A stretch of DNA of 44,157 bases, filler included, from Jimgerdemannia flammicorona (lineage: Eukaryota): assembly GCA_003990765.1 (NCBI GenBank). It is 2 parts of 2 records of this genome, joined end to end, with 100 filler letters (N's around TTAATTAATTAA, not from the genome) between each part and the next. Parts side by side here need not be neighbours in the genome. Positions count along the whole stretch, not along the records: positions 22,132 to 44,157 come from RBNJ01001347.1; 1 more part is not named here. The stretch is one strand, 5' to 3'. Position numbers and translations under genes: made by a program. The notes beneath the pieces are model-generated. The model saw nothing but the letters and a program-made list of their open reading frames with translations. It had not been told where the DNA came from and did not search any database. This document shows, piece by piece, positions 32,536 to 44,157 of the stretch. Numbering within the stretch: the stretch's first letter is position 1; every line of letters begins with the position of its first letter.

Positions 32536-35500
32536 GCCACTCACGTGATTTCCCCATTTGGCTAGACTCGGCTTTACGGCCCGAGGCTATTCCAAATTAA
32601 GAAAGCAGTCACTTTCATTAGCTAAGCCTCTCATCGGGTATAAATACCCCCTTCCCCATAATTTTTTCGTTGCACAAACAACAGTCACATGACCCGTATT
32701 TTACAATTTCACAAACACAAACAAATACACCTTCGCCTATTTTGGCAATGTCGGCCACCTCCTCCGTTGTCGGTGATGACAGCAACACCACCCGCCTCTT
32801 TGCGTACTTCGGTGCCTCTCTCCGCTGCGCTGAATGTCGCGACATCGGTCTCCTCTCCCTCGGCTTCGGCGAGGGTAGCCTTATGGCAATGTGCAGGTTG
32901 TGCGGGGATGCACGACCGATATCATCATATTTATCTTCCCTGCGTGATGCGGAAGATGACGAAGAGATTGCGATCTCTTCTGATTCAGACCACGACACCC
33001 AGTGACCCCCCTACTCTCCCACGCCCCTGCCCCTCAATCGGAATAAGCATGGTCACCCGAACACTAGTTTGGGAATGACCCCGACTGCCGGTCATGCAGG
33101 CCCCTCAGCCGACCCCGATCTGGTCACGGAGATGGCCACGATGAGGAAGCAGATCTCGGATCTACTGACTCAGGTGGCCGAACTGGCCAAGATCAATGCC
33201 CAGCTGATGGCGCAGCTTACTGCGCGTCATGCGCCCACCACCCCCTCGACATCTGGTGCTCCTTCGGGAAGTACCCCCGCCACCCCTTCCACATCTGCCC
33301 CCCCCAAGTCCTCGGCCCCCTCTCCTACTGGTCCTGCCATGAACACATGGTCAAAGGCCCAGAAATGAGTGGACAAGTGGGCCGCTAAAGCCGCCACATC
33401 ACAGTCTGGTGCGCCGCCAAAGGAGATAACTCCCATTGCTGTGCCTCTAGCCGCTAAAGCCATGCCCTCTAAAAAGGGCAAGGCCAAGGCTTCCAGGCCA
33501 GTGCCCCAGGTCACGCCTGTGGGACCCAGCATCGCCGATCCGTCTTCATCCCCCGCTTCGACCCCCGCCCCCCCCAAATCGTACGCCGCCACTGCCAAGA
33601 AGATTTCTATCAAGGATAGGACCCAGGCCTACCCCGAGATGGAAAGGGCAGCTGCTGCTGCTGCCCTTTCGCACATGACCCACAAGCCGACCTCTCATTT
33701 GTTGCCGACTGAGAAGGGTGCTAGGCTGCAGCGCGTCTACATTGACGGATTTGCCCATCTGAAGATCGGACAGATTCGGAAGAACTTGTATGACATCCAT
33801 GTGATGTTGTCAAAAGTTCTCAACATGTTGTATGTCTCAGCATTGACCATCGAATTCCTTCTCTGCCCCGATTATGTCACGGCATTCCAAAAGAAGATAG
33901 AGGCGCTTGGGTTCTCGGTGCTGACAGCCTGGGACCCCGTACTCCCATGCAATAAGAACGCCATGGAGGCCGTGAAGACACAGGTCCTCCAATCATTCCA
34001 TGCTCGGGTCTGGCAGTTGGCTGGCGAAGCCACTGCGAAGAGGCCCGAGGTGCAGACCTTCTACTGAGCTTGGGCCACGGAACTCAGCCTCACTCTCTCT
34101 TCCTTTGCCTCTCTGTTGGCCGGCCCTGCTTCGAAGGCAGGTGGTACTGTGGCCGTGACGGGTGACATGGTGATGGATTTGGAAGCTGAAGCTTCCGCCT
34201 CAGGTGCTTCCCATGCTGTTGGTGCTAACGCGCCCGGCCCACAATGAGAGTCGGGTTCCTCAATGCACATAGACTATCCCAGGACAAGTTCGATGTGCTC
34301 AGTCAGTTGATTGGTCCTGCTCTCGACGTTCTTTTTATATGTGAAACATGGCACATTCTGCTGCGTCCCTCTCCGCTCATTCACATGTCCTCCCCTCCAG
34401 CGTCGCACAGGATCGTGAGTCACCAGAATGGTGGTCTCGTGATCCTTGTGTCTAACCATTTTGCCTCTCTTATTTCTGGGTCCTCTGCCCACCCCTTCCA
34501 TATCCGGCTCATATTCCAGGGCCTGGCTTTGGTTGGGGTTTACACTCCCCCCTCTCTTCCCATTGGTGGCTTCTGTGATCTGGTGTCTGGACCCTTTCTG
34601 GGTAAGGCCCTTTTGATCGGTGACATCAATACCCATTTTGATGCCTGCCTTGGTGATGTCAACTCTGGTCCTCGCGATCGGATGGATGTTGTCAACACCT
34701 CCCTGATGACGTGGTCATTGAACCACCTGACCCCGGTGGCTGGATCTACATGCATTGATCATGCGTTCGCCACCGCATCCCTCCATGTGTCCCTCACCTG
34801 CTCCACCCCTCCTGTCGCCACCGACCACCCCTCCCTCCTCACCATCTCCTTCCCCTTCTCCCCCTCGCCGGTTGCTGCCTTGGCTGGCGTCCGTCGTTAC
34901 TCTGCGAGATACCTGACTGACCCGGTTGTTCAAGCTCACCTTTGGGAATCAGCGGATATCATTTGTGATACCGTTATCAGGTCTATCTACTCTGTTAGGG
35001 ATCACATCGCTGGCTTTCACTCTGTGGATGATCGCCAGCAGTTTGTGAATTCCCTTGATACTCTTTTGACCTCTGGTCTGCAGTCTGTCTGTGAGGACAT
35101 TCTTGGCTCGTATGACGCAAGAGAAATCAGAGCAGCGCCACTCCCTAGGTATGACCTCCTTCACAGTGCATCCTTGTTCTCTGATGCCATCTATGGTTTT
35201 AAGCGAGCGTACCGCTCCACCCCCTCTGCACCCCTTCAGTCTCGCTCCCTTAATGTCCTGGTGTTCGATGATGTAGTTACTCACTTCACTACTATCTTCG
35301 GCCAGCCGAATGCCTCCCTCCGCCTTGATGACTCTGAAGATGTCTTTTCCCTCAGCGTGGGCGCTCTTGGGCTGTAGTCTTGGTTTGACCAACCTGCGGT
35401 TTGGAGGGCTATTCGCAGCTACCCCCTATCAAAGGCATGTGGTGCCGACTCCTTGCATGTCCGGATCCTTCGGGTGATGGCAGGTGAGAAGGATGCCCCC

Positions 35501-37681
35501 TGTAGCCTTTTGAAGGCCCTCTCATTCTTCTTCCAGATGTGCGTGGTTTGGGGGCTCACTCCCCACTGCTGGAACTCAGCCATCATCACCCCGGTCTCGA
35601 AGAAGGAGGAATCGCGAATGATTGATAGATTTCGCCCTATTACTCTGACTGAAATGTTTCGTAGACTCTTCAAGCAGTATTTGGAAGGATACGTCAAGAG
35701 CCGAAGCGGTCTGACAGAAATGTCATGCTGCCAAGGCAGCTTCCGAACCCGCTTCTCATCCCTTTCTCATGTCTTGCTTTTGCACGAGACATGGGCTAAG
35801 GGATGGGGCCGCCGTGTCTTTTTGGACCTCCGGTAGGCATATGATCGAGTCCCCCTCAAGTGCATTCTTTCTTGCCTTGAGGCGCGAGGTACTGATGCGG
35901 CCCTCCTTAGCATTATCCGAAGCCTGTTTAATCACTATTCTTACCAGGTGGTTGTTAACAGCCTCGTCACCCCTTCGGTCCCCACTGAGTGTGGCCTCTT
36001 CCAGGGCTCCCTCCTCTCCCCTTGGCTCTTTGATGTCTTTATCGACCCCTTCACCGCCTCCTTTGATGAACGGTTCAAGGAGTACAACTTCCCCCTCAGG
36101 CTCTTCTTCGCTGATGATATTGCCCTTACCCCCCGCACTGCCGCGGAAGGGCAAAGGATGGTTGACTTTTGTGAGGATTGGCTTTGGGTGAACGGTATGG
36201 AGCTCAATCTCAAGAAGTGTGGTTATGTCGGCCCGGCTGACTCTACTGTGCTGATTGGGGGCAAACCCTGCCTGCGACCTACCTCCTATGTATACCTGGG
36301 CGTGCCATACACCAATAAAGAGTTTGACTTTGCCAACCTTGCGTTGTAGAATGTGGCGAAGGTGGAATGGACCCTTGGGTTCTGCCATGCCCGTAGTCCT
36401 CTCTGGTTGCTAATGGTCAAGTTGGCCATCGTACGAACATTCATTAGGCCTCAGCTGGAGTATGGCCTCCCCCTCCTATGAGCTTCCTGTCCGGCTACTA
36501 CCACGGGGCTTCAGGTGTTAAAGCGTCCCAAGCAGGTCTTTGATAACGCTGTCGCTTGGGCAGTTGGATTTTCTGGCTGTCCTTGCTCGGCAGTTCGATT
36601 CTCAGCCTCCCTTCCTTCCTTTGTCACATGTCTGACCTCTGCTGCATGTTCCAAGCCCATCTGGATTGGTGTAGCAAGTCGGGCAACAACCCTATCGGCC
36701 CCCTTAGCAAGCGCTTTGTCACGTGTCCTCCAGGTTCTATCATTGACAAGTTCCGGCATTGGACCTCCTGGCTTGACTTCCTCGACTGGTACTGGGACCT
36801 CCGTCCCCAGGTCCGCAAGACTTGCTCACTCCACTCCTTCCTCCAGTCCTTCCTCCGGGATCAGCTGCTGCAGGAATGGGCCTCTTCCTCCCAGGCTCTC
36901 ATTCAGTATATTACCCCCAAAGGCCGTTTACGGTCGTGGAGCGCCGATCACGTCCTTTCCTTCCCCCCCCGGCTTGTGCGTTCTGCCCTCGCCTGGCGCT
37001 ATGGCTACTTTGGCCAACCCCACCCCTGCCCCTGTGGAGATAAGTTTCATCGTGGCCATCTCCTCAGGTGCGGTCTTCTCGATGGTTCGTATTCTGCTTT
37101 CCGAGGTTCTTCAGATCGAGATGAACAGCTCGACTGGTTTACCAGTGACAAATGGCAGGAAGAACTTCGTGCCTATCCTCTTCACGCTCTTCACGAGATA
37201 GTCTACCATGCTATAGATGCTATGTGTAATTCTGGTGGCCACCTCACGGTCGGGTTCTGCCTGACCGAGATTATGAAGATGCTTGCGTGATCGAGCGATC
37301 ACACATTTTCTTTACCTCCTTCTTTCCCCTCATTTGCCTCGGTTGGTTCCCCCGTTGTTGAGAGTACATTGAGTTATTCATCTCATTTCAGTTGTTTGGT
37401 ATTTAGTTGTCGATACAGTTCATGTAGTAGGCGCCGGGCGAATGTGTATTATATCTTAGCCTTTCTTTTCCTTGCTTTTGCATTTATTATCTCTACGGCC
37501 ATGACAAAATGATTTTATCCAGCCCGCCCATAGGGTGGTCACCTCTCTGGCCTTTGTTTGTACTTCTTAGCTAGTTGTTTACTTTGCTGGCCTTGTTTTG
37601 CTTCTCTCATCTTAGGAGTCTTGTCTTTTGTTACTCCGATGTATCTTGTCTTCTCTACAATGAATAAACTCTTACTTGAAG
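32536..37681 (+). mobile_element. Telomere-embedded retrotransposon, copy 3 (proximal, 5146 bp)
   Basis: Same termini. ORF1 stops at 33003, 33366 and 34065; ORF2 (34244-37290) stops at 35375, 35834, 36347 and ~36479, with a frameshift near 36578. Confidence 0.95.
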
Positions 37682-37695
37682 CCTAACCCTAACCC
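37682..37695 (+). repeat. Innermost telomeric tract (14 bp)
   Basis: CCTAACCCTAACCC directly after the copy 3 end, then AT-rich DNA. Confidence 0.9.
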
Positions 37696-38499
37696 ATTTG
37701 AGTATAGATTACCTATAGGTCTCTAGTATATATAGTAAGACTCTCAGAGCTTTTACAAGCTTCTTAGTAAAAGTAGTTCTAATATAGATAATTACTTTTT
37801 AGAGATAGTTGGAATAGGAGGACAGATGGTCATTATAGAAAGACAGAAGAGTAATAATAATAAATCAGTAGAGTATTAAGCTAGAAGTAATTATTAAAGT
37901 TAATATAAGCATTATTACAGCAGAATCTTTTAATTGGTTAGCAGTAAGTAGAGTAGTATAGGGGCTATTATTCTGGCTATATCTAACTAGAACTAACAGC
38001 TAATATAATAATATAATTGAGATCTGTAGACTTTGGTTATTAGTCCTCTCTCATTTGATAATATCTAACTAGAACTAAAAGCTGAAATAGTAATATAATT
38101 GAGATTCATAGGCTTAGAGAGTAGGAGTGAGACTTGTTCAAGCTATAGCCTATATATATATATTTATCCTTTTGAGGAGGTTCTGCATATAAGTCTTTTA
38201 ATTATTACTTTGAATTTATTCTTCCTTTTATTAAATAGTTAGAGATTTTCTTTATCTCAGGTCTTTGTTTGAGTTTTAGAAATTTATTTCTTATTTAGTC
38301 CTAGTATTGCTAGATTTGATATATAGATATGTATGCTTTTATATATGGTTATAATGATTAAGTTCTGGTGAATAGAACAGTCTAGTTTATATAGTAGAAG
38401 TCAGTATATCTGATATATAAAGCTAGAATAGTGAGACTGCTAGACAATTTGATAGCTACTATAATTTATATTATACATGCTTTTATAATATACTTTCAA

Positions 38500-41400
38500 A
38501 TTATTTATTGGAGAAAGATATTAAGATAATATTGACCAGTAAGCAAGCCGATGTGCATATTAGATCAAGTGGACCTGGGGCCTTCAACTGGCAGCATATC
38601 ATGAGAGGGTATGGGCTGGGGATGTGGTCTTTCAGTAGCTCAAGTGGGCAGGACAGCTTGGGCAGTAGGGAAGGGGAAGCAGAAGGTTGAGAATACTTGG
38701 GGTACTGGGCCTTCACCTGTGGGAGGTAGAGAAAGTGGAGTAGCTGCTAGGAGTGGGAGCAGAACTGCCAGTGAAGGCATGATAGTAAATCAGGAAAAAA
38801 AAAAGAGATGTGAGAGCTGATGGCCAGGGAGGACAGAGGTTCTCGATATAGAAGGATATCTGGCAGATAGTATAATGGGAATGGTGGTGGCTCCATTGCT
38901 CAAGAAGTCGATTTCAGAGTTCACGGCTACCTTGTGCTTCTAAGGCTTAGTAGTAATGGCAAGAGTGGTCCTGGGGCTTATTTTGAAACAGGTGGCTGAG
39001 GCAGCCTTGGTGAAGTTCTTGAAGGGTCTAGAGGAGATTGATGTGGGCTTTGAGAAGACAGGCCCACTAAATAAGGCCCTGAAGACTGGAGTAGTAGTTG
39101 GTGAGATAGTGGTCTCCATGGTGTGGTGCTTGAGGTAGAACTCCAGAGTGATATAGTTTCTAGTAAGTGGGGTGTCTACAGTGACTAAGGAGGAGACTAG
39201 AAAGAGGGTGGAGGAGGTGATTGTGGAGTATGGCAACATGGTGGACATTGACTTTCAGATATGAGAGGGGACAACATTTAGGACAGGCAATGTTAATATC
39301 AGGATTCAGCTAGCAGGTAAGGAGTCTACAGGGAAGATGAGTGACTGGCTCTCAGTACTGATGTGGGGAGCCTTCATCTGTAAGGTGTTGAGAGTGAAAG
39401 AGAGTGAAGAGGAGAAGGAGGACTTGCTAGAGGCTCTGGAGGAGTTGAGTGGAGCTGTAGAGAGGAGGGTGAAGGACTGGAAGAGGTATGAGGAGTCAAT
39501 GCATCTGGAGATTGTAGATGGGAAGTATATCCATACTGACAAGAAATAGTAGAAGTGGGCCCAGAGACACAGGAGACAGAGAGAGCTATTGGCAAGTATG
39601 ACAGGAGGGGTGAAGATGAAGTTGACTAGAGCTGAGGAGACTGGAGGTATTGAAGCCAGTGTCTGGGCTAGTAAGGAAGGTGAGTAGATAGGGGCAAATA
39701 AGGAAGGAGCTGGGAAGATACTGGACAAGGATCTATATACTGATGGTACCTTCGAAGTATGGGAGTAGGATTTGGATGGCACCCCACCCCCACTTATTTG
39801 GAGGGGCCTAGTTGGGAAGTGAGGAGCAGTAGAGAATATGCTGATGCAGAGGGCCCAGCAAGTTCACTTTGGGGTCCTGGATATGAAGAAAGGGGGTCAG
39901 GTAGTAATGGTTAGTGAGGATGAGCTGGTAGATATCCCAGAGGAGGAGTGGAATGAGGCTGCCAGTGTAGGAGCTGATTTATGATGCTGGATATGGGGTG
40001 GTCTGGGACTCCTAGGGGGAAGGAGGTGGGGAACCTACTGTGGATAAGTATGGTGATGGATAATCTGACAGCTGAGGGGTTGGGAGAAGTAGACCTACAG
40101 GTAATGTCTGAGGAGTATTGGGTAAGGATTCTGCAAGGTAATGGAGTAGAGGAGGTGCTGAAGGGGTAGATTCTTGCAATTTTCCTTAAAGAGGAGAGAT
40201 ATGAGGTTGATGAGGTGAGAAAGGCAGAGCTGGTGATTATTACTGGTGAATGGGCAGCCTATTGTTAGGCTGAGCAGCTCTGGCAGAAGACCTGTCTGGA
40301 GTATCATGAGGACTTTGAGGAGAAAGAGGATGGGGCAATGGTTGAACTTCTGGGGAGGTTGGAGGTACAGGAAGCTGAGCAGAGGGAACTGGCTGCAGAA
40401 TATATCTTAGACTTGGTATAGGAGGACTTGAACATGGATTTATAGAGGATGAGTTTGATATATAATAGTATTCCTTATGAATAGGCTATGGAGTTCTGGA
40501 TGACATAACAACATTTTTACTAAGCTCAAGAGATTGGATGCTGATCTCTTTTTACTACAGAATGTATGATGTGAGGATGAGGATAATTGGGTGGAGTGGA
40601 CTAGGAAATGAAGCAGAGCTACTACTTAGTTTAGAAAGGTAGCAATTCTGATAAAGAAAGGTAGAGGGGATTTGGGAGAAATCAGAAACTGGTGGGATCA
40701 CTTGGTCTGGGGAGAATGGTATAGGCTGGGGTGAGAATCGGTAAGAGTGGGCTCTTGCTACTGCCCAGCAGTTATGGGCAAGAGGATTGTATGGATCAAG
40801 GAGCTGCTGGAGGAGGGTACTTACTTGGAGGAAGGTGTCAATGTTCTTAGTAGTGATTTTAATATAGTTCGAGATCTGCAACCAGATAGAACTGATGGAG
40901 AAAGGAATATCAGTGGGAAGAGTAGTGGTCTGGATATATGGAAGGAGGTGGAAAACCTTAACTCCTTGGGGGATATGGGCCGAATATGGTGGAGTAATAC
41001 CAGGGTCTACACCCATTGGGTAAATAGGTTGGGTACAAGGATTGACTTGATTTTAATAGCTGAATATTAGGGTGCTGATGTCTGGAAGTCTTTGGAGATT
41101 GTGTGGTGCCCATGATCTGATCACTGGGGACTATTAGGGCAGGGACAGTTTGGGGGGAGTAGAGATGGACCCAGACATTGGTGTCTTAACTCCTCCCTGC
41201 TGGCTGAGAAGGGGTTGTGGGACTCATAAGTGGCAGACATTCAGGAGAAGGTTCCTATCTAGAGGCATGAGAGTCTGTCTATGGATGCCTGTTGGATGAG
41301 GTTGAAAGAGGTTAGAAAGGCCTATGGGAAGGAGCTGGTAGAGAGACTGGAAGATAGAGGAGAAAGCATGTATGGTATACTTCTAATAGGCTGATAAGAT

Positions 41401-44157
41401 TGCAGATAGAATGGGCTGATTTACTGGGCTCTGTTGAAGTAGAGAATTGGAGGTTTGAGAGGGCTAGATTGGAGGTAGTGGAACTACAGTAGGTGTTGTG
41501 AGAGGAGAAGGAGACTCATATGTAAGAGATGGCTACCAGGCTATGGTGGCAGGGGTTGGAGGAGAGAGAGAGGCCTACTAGGTACTTGTCTAGGCTCCTC
41601 AAAGCTAGGGGGGTATGACATCAGTGGGATGGGGTCTTTAATACTGAGTGGGATTTGGTCCATGGTATGTATATAACAGATCTTGGAGATATTGAATGAG
41701 TAATGGTGGAGTCTGTGGAGTAAGAAAGAAGGGGACATGAATGTGGAGATGATTGGAGATGCACTGGAGAAGTGGGTACCACTGCAGATAGAGGGCCTGA
41801 ATGACTTGATCTTACTGGTCCAAGAGGAGGAGATCCAGAGAGTCCTTGTAGCTACTAAGCTTGGGATAGTGTCTGGGGAGGATGGGTTATCTTGGGACTT
41901 CTGGAAGAAGATAACAAAGGTCCCTAGAATGCTAGGAGAGATGGCTGCTCTCTGTGACCATGTTCTTCTATATAGCAAGTGGGTTGGAGAGCAGGACTTG
42001 AAGTTGGTGGCCTTACTATATAAAGATAAGGGCAGGCAAGAGGACTGGATGAATTTGAGACCATGATACTTTTGGATATAGACCAGAAGTTGGTGACAAA
42101 AGTGATTGTTGCAAGGCTGCAGAAGGTTGCTCAATAGGTACTGGGTAAGGAGCAGTAGAGTTTCATGGGAGGTCAGCTTATTAGAGATAGAACTGCCTGG
42201 GTATATGGCATCATTGAAGAGGCTTGAACCTGTGGGCTAGATGGTAGGCTGGTCTTTTTGGACCAGGAGAAGGCCTATGACCATGTCCAGTGGGTATAGC
42301 TGGGTAAGGTACTAGATAGAATTAGTGTCCCACTGCAGTTTTGGGTCTCTATATTGAGTTTGTTAGAGGGCAGTTAGGTGGTGCTATTGTGTAATGGTTA
42401 CAGAGGTTTGGTGTTTCTCTAGGGGAGAGAATTGCCTCAAGGAGACCCACTGTCCTCTATTCTGTATACCCTTTTACTTAAACCTTAGATAGATAGGATC
42501 TGTTGGAAGGTGGCTAGGCTCTCGATGTATGGTGTGGTATAGAAGGTAGGGGCCTTTGTAGATGATATGGTAGTTGGTCTTGAATCAGTGGTAGATATCA
42601 AGGTACTTACAGATACAGTGGATTGGTATGAGGCACACTCTGGGGCAAAACTCAATTGGCATAAGTATGAGACATTGGTGTTGGGGAATGGGTTGGTGGG
42701 TGGGGATATCATTGGAACAATTATCCCTACAGGAGAGATAGTGCGGTATCTTGATATCTTCCTTTCTATATATAGATCAGTCTTGCCACAAGTGTGGTGG
42801 GAGAGAAAGGTTGCTAGTTGTGGGGAGGCTCTGAGAGGTTAGAGGGGTCAGCACATCTCTCTAGCAGAGTGGGTGATGATCCTGAATGTGTACTGATTTC
42901 CCAAGCTATTGTATGTGGCATATCACTCAGACTTTCTGGTCTGGGTGATGAAGAGGCTGATGAAGCTAGCTCAGGATTGGATTTGGGCTAGAAGAAGGTC
43001 ACAGATTAGTTGGGATACCCTTGTGGAGCCAGTGTTAGGGAAGACCTAGGTCTTATAGATTTCCCTAGGAGGTTACACTGTCTGTGAGCTTGGTGGTTGA
43101 AAAGAGCAGTTGAACTATAGTGAGGAGATTGGGTTCTGCTGATGCTGAAGGTGTGGAAGATGAGGTTCGCACCCTGGGGGTCCTCAGGAGACTTGCTCTT
43201 TCTGGTAGAGCTGAATAGAAGCCAACAGCTATGGTATAAGGGCTTCTGGTGGGTGGTGGTGGATGGAGCACACCAGATAGGCCTATGCTAGCAGGGTAAT
43301 GAGGGAGAGGAGATATAGGGTCCTGCTATGTGGTGATGGGACAGACTGTTACTAGGAGGGGTTCTACTGGCTGAGTTTGATATTAGTGATGAAGTAGAAT
43401 ATCAGTGGAGACTTGGCCAGAATCTTTGGCCAAGCAGTTGGCAGGTGGTGGGGATTGGTGAGAAGTGGGACTGGGCAGGAATCTGAGCCTAGAGTGCTGA
43501 GGTATGGAAGTGGCTTTCTCCCAAGTTCTAGGTAGTATGGTGGCGAATGTTACAGAGGAATGTTATTCTGAATTTCTATACTGAGCATCTGGTGAATGGT
43601 GACTGATTGGATTGTGAGGAGTGTTATGATATAGGACAAGCTGGGGGATTTGTTCAGATGCCAGAACATTAGCTGGGAGAGTGTGAGGTATTGGGAGACT
43701 TTTGGATAGCTATAGGGTACAGACTGAGTATAGAAAGACAGTTAGATGATGAGTAAGATTACTGAGAGGATTTGGAATCTAGACTAGTGAGAGGTGTTGG
43801 CAATGGGTGGCTTACTGTGGAGTGGGTGATTGTAGTGTGGGTAGGATTAGCCAGATATTGGCTATTTGTTTTTGAGGAAAGGTGATAGATAGGGTTGCAA
43901 AAGAAGTTGGTGAGATGGGAAGAGTTGATGAGTAATCTTCTTACTAGGTGGTGGATCGGTTGGAATTCTTAGAGTGAGCGATATCATCATCTGGTGGAAG
44001 AGATCTGTAACTAGAGTAGTAAGAGAGTAGAGGTGGTAGCTGACAAAGTGGTCTTCTATCGGGAAGGAGTGGGGGGTAGGGAGAGGACCTCTGAGGGAGA
44101 TTGGGTAGGGGGGTCAGAGATGCTGTTTGGTGGAGAAAATCTGTGGACAGAGCAGTG
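38500..44157 (+). mobile_element. Heavily decayed L1/Tx1-like LINE related to the element at 11991-17747
   Basis: ORF1 remnants (KFLKGLEEIDVGFEK, YGNMVD); ORF2 remnants from ~40450: LFLLQE, SDFN, TRIDLIL, SDHWG, SGEDGL, FLDQEKAYDHV, QGDPLS, FVDDMVVG, CEEC..MPEH..C. Very many stops; boundaries approximate. Confidence 0.85.

Noticed and set aside
22356..37302. Many antisense and alternate-frame ORFs inside the retroelements
   Set aside because: Shadow ORFs of GC-skewed coding sequence with no motifs; they recur only because the element is repeated.

Overview
Eukaryotic, almost certainly fungal DNA (short GT-AG introns, TTAGGG telomere; the gene style suggests an early-diverging fungus, which is inference only). 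The window is two contigs joined by an artificial 100-nt linker (N44-TTAATTAATTAA-N44, 22032-22131), so the halves need not be neighbours. Left contig: an intron-rich ferritin-like-domain gene of bacterial type (minus strand, ATG at 1898), a probable Scc3/STAG cohesin pseudogene fragment, AT-rich decayed repeats, a full-length L1/Tx1-like LINE with a 15-bp target-site duplication next to a Gypsy relic, and a spliced, decayed hAT transposase. Right contig: a chromosome end, (CCCTAA)n, followed by three head-to-tail, full-length ~5.1-kb non-LTR retrotransposons. Each has ORF1 and an APE-endonuclease/RT ORF2 overlapping at ATGA, has no poly(A) tail, and is joined directly to telomeric repeats. 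AT-rich DNA and a second, heavily decayed L1/Tx1-like LINE follow. The main candidate novelty is this APE-type, telomere-embedded retrotransposon array, because the fungal telomeric retroelements I know of (MoTeR, Cnl1, Coprina) do not use an APE endonuclease.
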